This document shows, one piece after another, positions 8,180 through 9,093 of a stretch of DNA of 9,093 nucleotides. Origin of the DNA: Octopus sinensis (taxonomy: Eukaryota). The stretch is from contig NW_021828127.1 of assembly GCF_006345805.1 (NCBI RefSeq), positions 1-9,093 of the forward strand, written 5' to 3'. The first letter of the stretch is position 1, and each line of letters starts with the position of its first letter. The translations under genes and the position numbers were made by a program. Below the pieces are notes generated by a model that ran no database searches, was not told where the DNA came from, and worked only from the letters and a program-made list of their open reading frames with translations.

Positions 8180-8686
8180 ATGAGTGGTGGAAATATTGCA
8201 GGTGGAGCAATTTTACGCCAGCTGTGGAAAAGGAAATTAATGATGTGGAAGACCCAGGAATTATCAATGAGCGTGAGGCACAAAATTGGTTGAGACGTTT
8301 CAGGAATGATGACACCAGCCTCGAAGACAAACCAAAGTCAGGGAAAACTTCTATTGTGGAACATAAGGCCTTGCTTGAAATAGTTGAACAACAACCAAGC
8401 ACCAGCGCTCGTACATTGTCGGCAGCACTTGGTCCTTCACAAACTACTATCAATTGATTCCGCCATAGCTCAGCCATGTGAACAAACGCTGTCGAGAAGT
8501 TCCCCCGTGATTATTCTCAACGACAAATGAACATTTGAGAAAAACTGTTGACAAATCCTCCAGGTGCCCGTTTTTGACGTCGAATGGTTACTGGAGATGA
8601 AAAATGGTGACTGGAGATGAAAAATAATCCTTATAGGACAAATCGGTTGCTTCAAAACCTGTTGACAAATAACGACTGTTTGAACA
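8180..8686 (+). pseudogene. Decayed mariner-family (Tc1/mariner) transposase: N-terminal HTH through first catalytic Asp
   Basis: ATG at 8180 gives MSGGNIAGGAILRQLWK. Shifted frames give EINDVEDPGIINEREAQNWLRRFRNDDTSLEDKPKSGK…LGPSQTTI (HTH region), then HVNKRCREVP (WVPHEL-like) and RF*RRMVTGDEKW. Several stops and frameshifts. Confidence 0.9.
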
Positions 8687-9083
8687 TCTTTATATATAAA
8701 AGAGAGGTTGTGTGCTGTCTGTCTCCTACGATTTAGATTCCTAACTACTCCCACATTTTGCGGTGCAGTTTAACCAAAACCGGGTATCTTATAGTCGTGA
8801 TTCATATCGAGCTCTTCTGGGTATTAGCGCGCGTCTACGATGAGTCTACGATTTAAAAAATAATTTACCATAATTTTTTTCCATTTTAATACATTTTTTC
8901 GCTATTATAAGGGAAGTAACTCTCTAAAAATGTCTACGATGAGTCAACGATTTTTAAAAAAATTTACCATCATTTTTTTTCTATTTTTAATGCATTTTTG
9001 CTATTTTTTGGCTATAACTCTCTAAAAATGCTTATATAGTTATTTCCCTTACAAACCCGAGCAACGCCGGGCGATACTGCTAG
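8687..9083 (+). mobile_element. Complete non-autonomous Helitron (397 bp)
   Basis: 5' TC (TCTTTATATATAAAAG), 3' CTAG at 9080-9083, GC hairpin CCCG-A-GC-AAC-GC-CGGG at 9056-9071, and insertion between A8686 and T9084 with no TSD. All are canonical Helitron hallmarks. Confidence 0.88.
8833..9030 (+). repeat. Two imperfect ~99-bp tandem units inside the Helitron
   Basis: GTCTACGATGAGTC.ACGATTT…TAACTCTCTAAAAAT begins at 8833 and again at 8932. Confidence 0.88.
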
Positions 9084-9093
9084 TGAGGTATAA

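Noticed and set aside
1-9093. CRISPR array, rRNA or prokaryotic operon
   Set aside because: There is no repeat-spacer periodicity or gene-dense structure, and the content is typical of a eukaryotic repeat-rich region.

Overview
AT-rich eukaryotic non-genic DNA made almost entirely of microsatellites and transposable elements; I find no credible host protein-coding exon. From recollection only, the repeat families resemble those of octopus/cephalopod genomes. Bases 1-3360 are an (AAT)n-type array interrupted by at least seven insertions: three R4/Dong-like restriction-like-endonuclease (RLE) LINE 3' pieces, two copies of a ~550-bp non-coding structured element, and two minus-strand tRNA-type SINE sequences. 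The middle holds (TA)n/(CA)n/(GT)n tracts and a 773-bp element with perfect 78-bp direct terminal repeats (Penelope/retrozyme-like). The right end has an inverted pair of CORE-type SINEs, a decayed mariner transposase and a complete 397-bp non-autonomous Helitron apparently nested in it. Most ORFs in the track are microsatellite read-throughs. All alignments and folds were done by eye.
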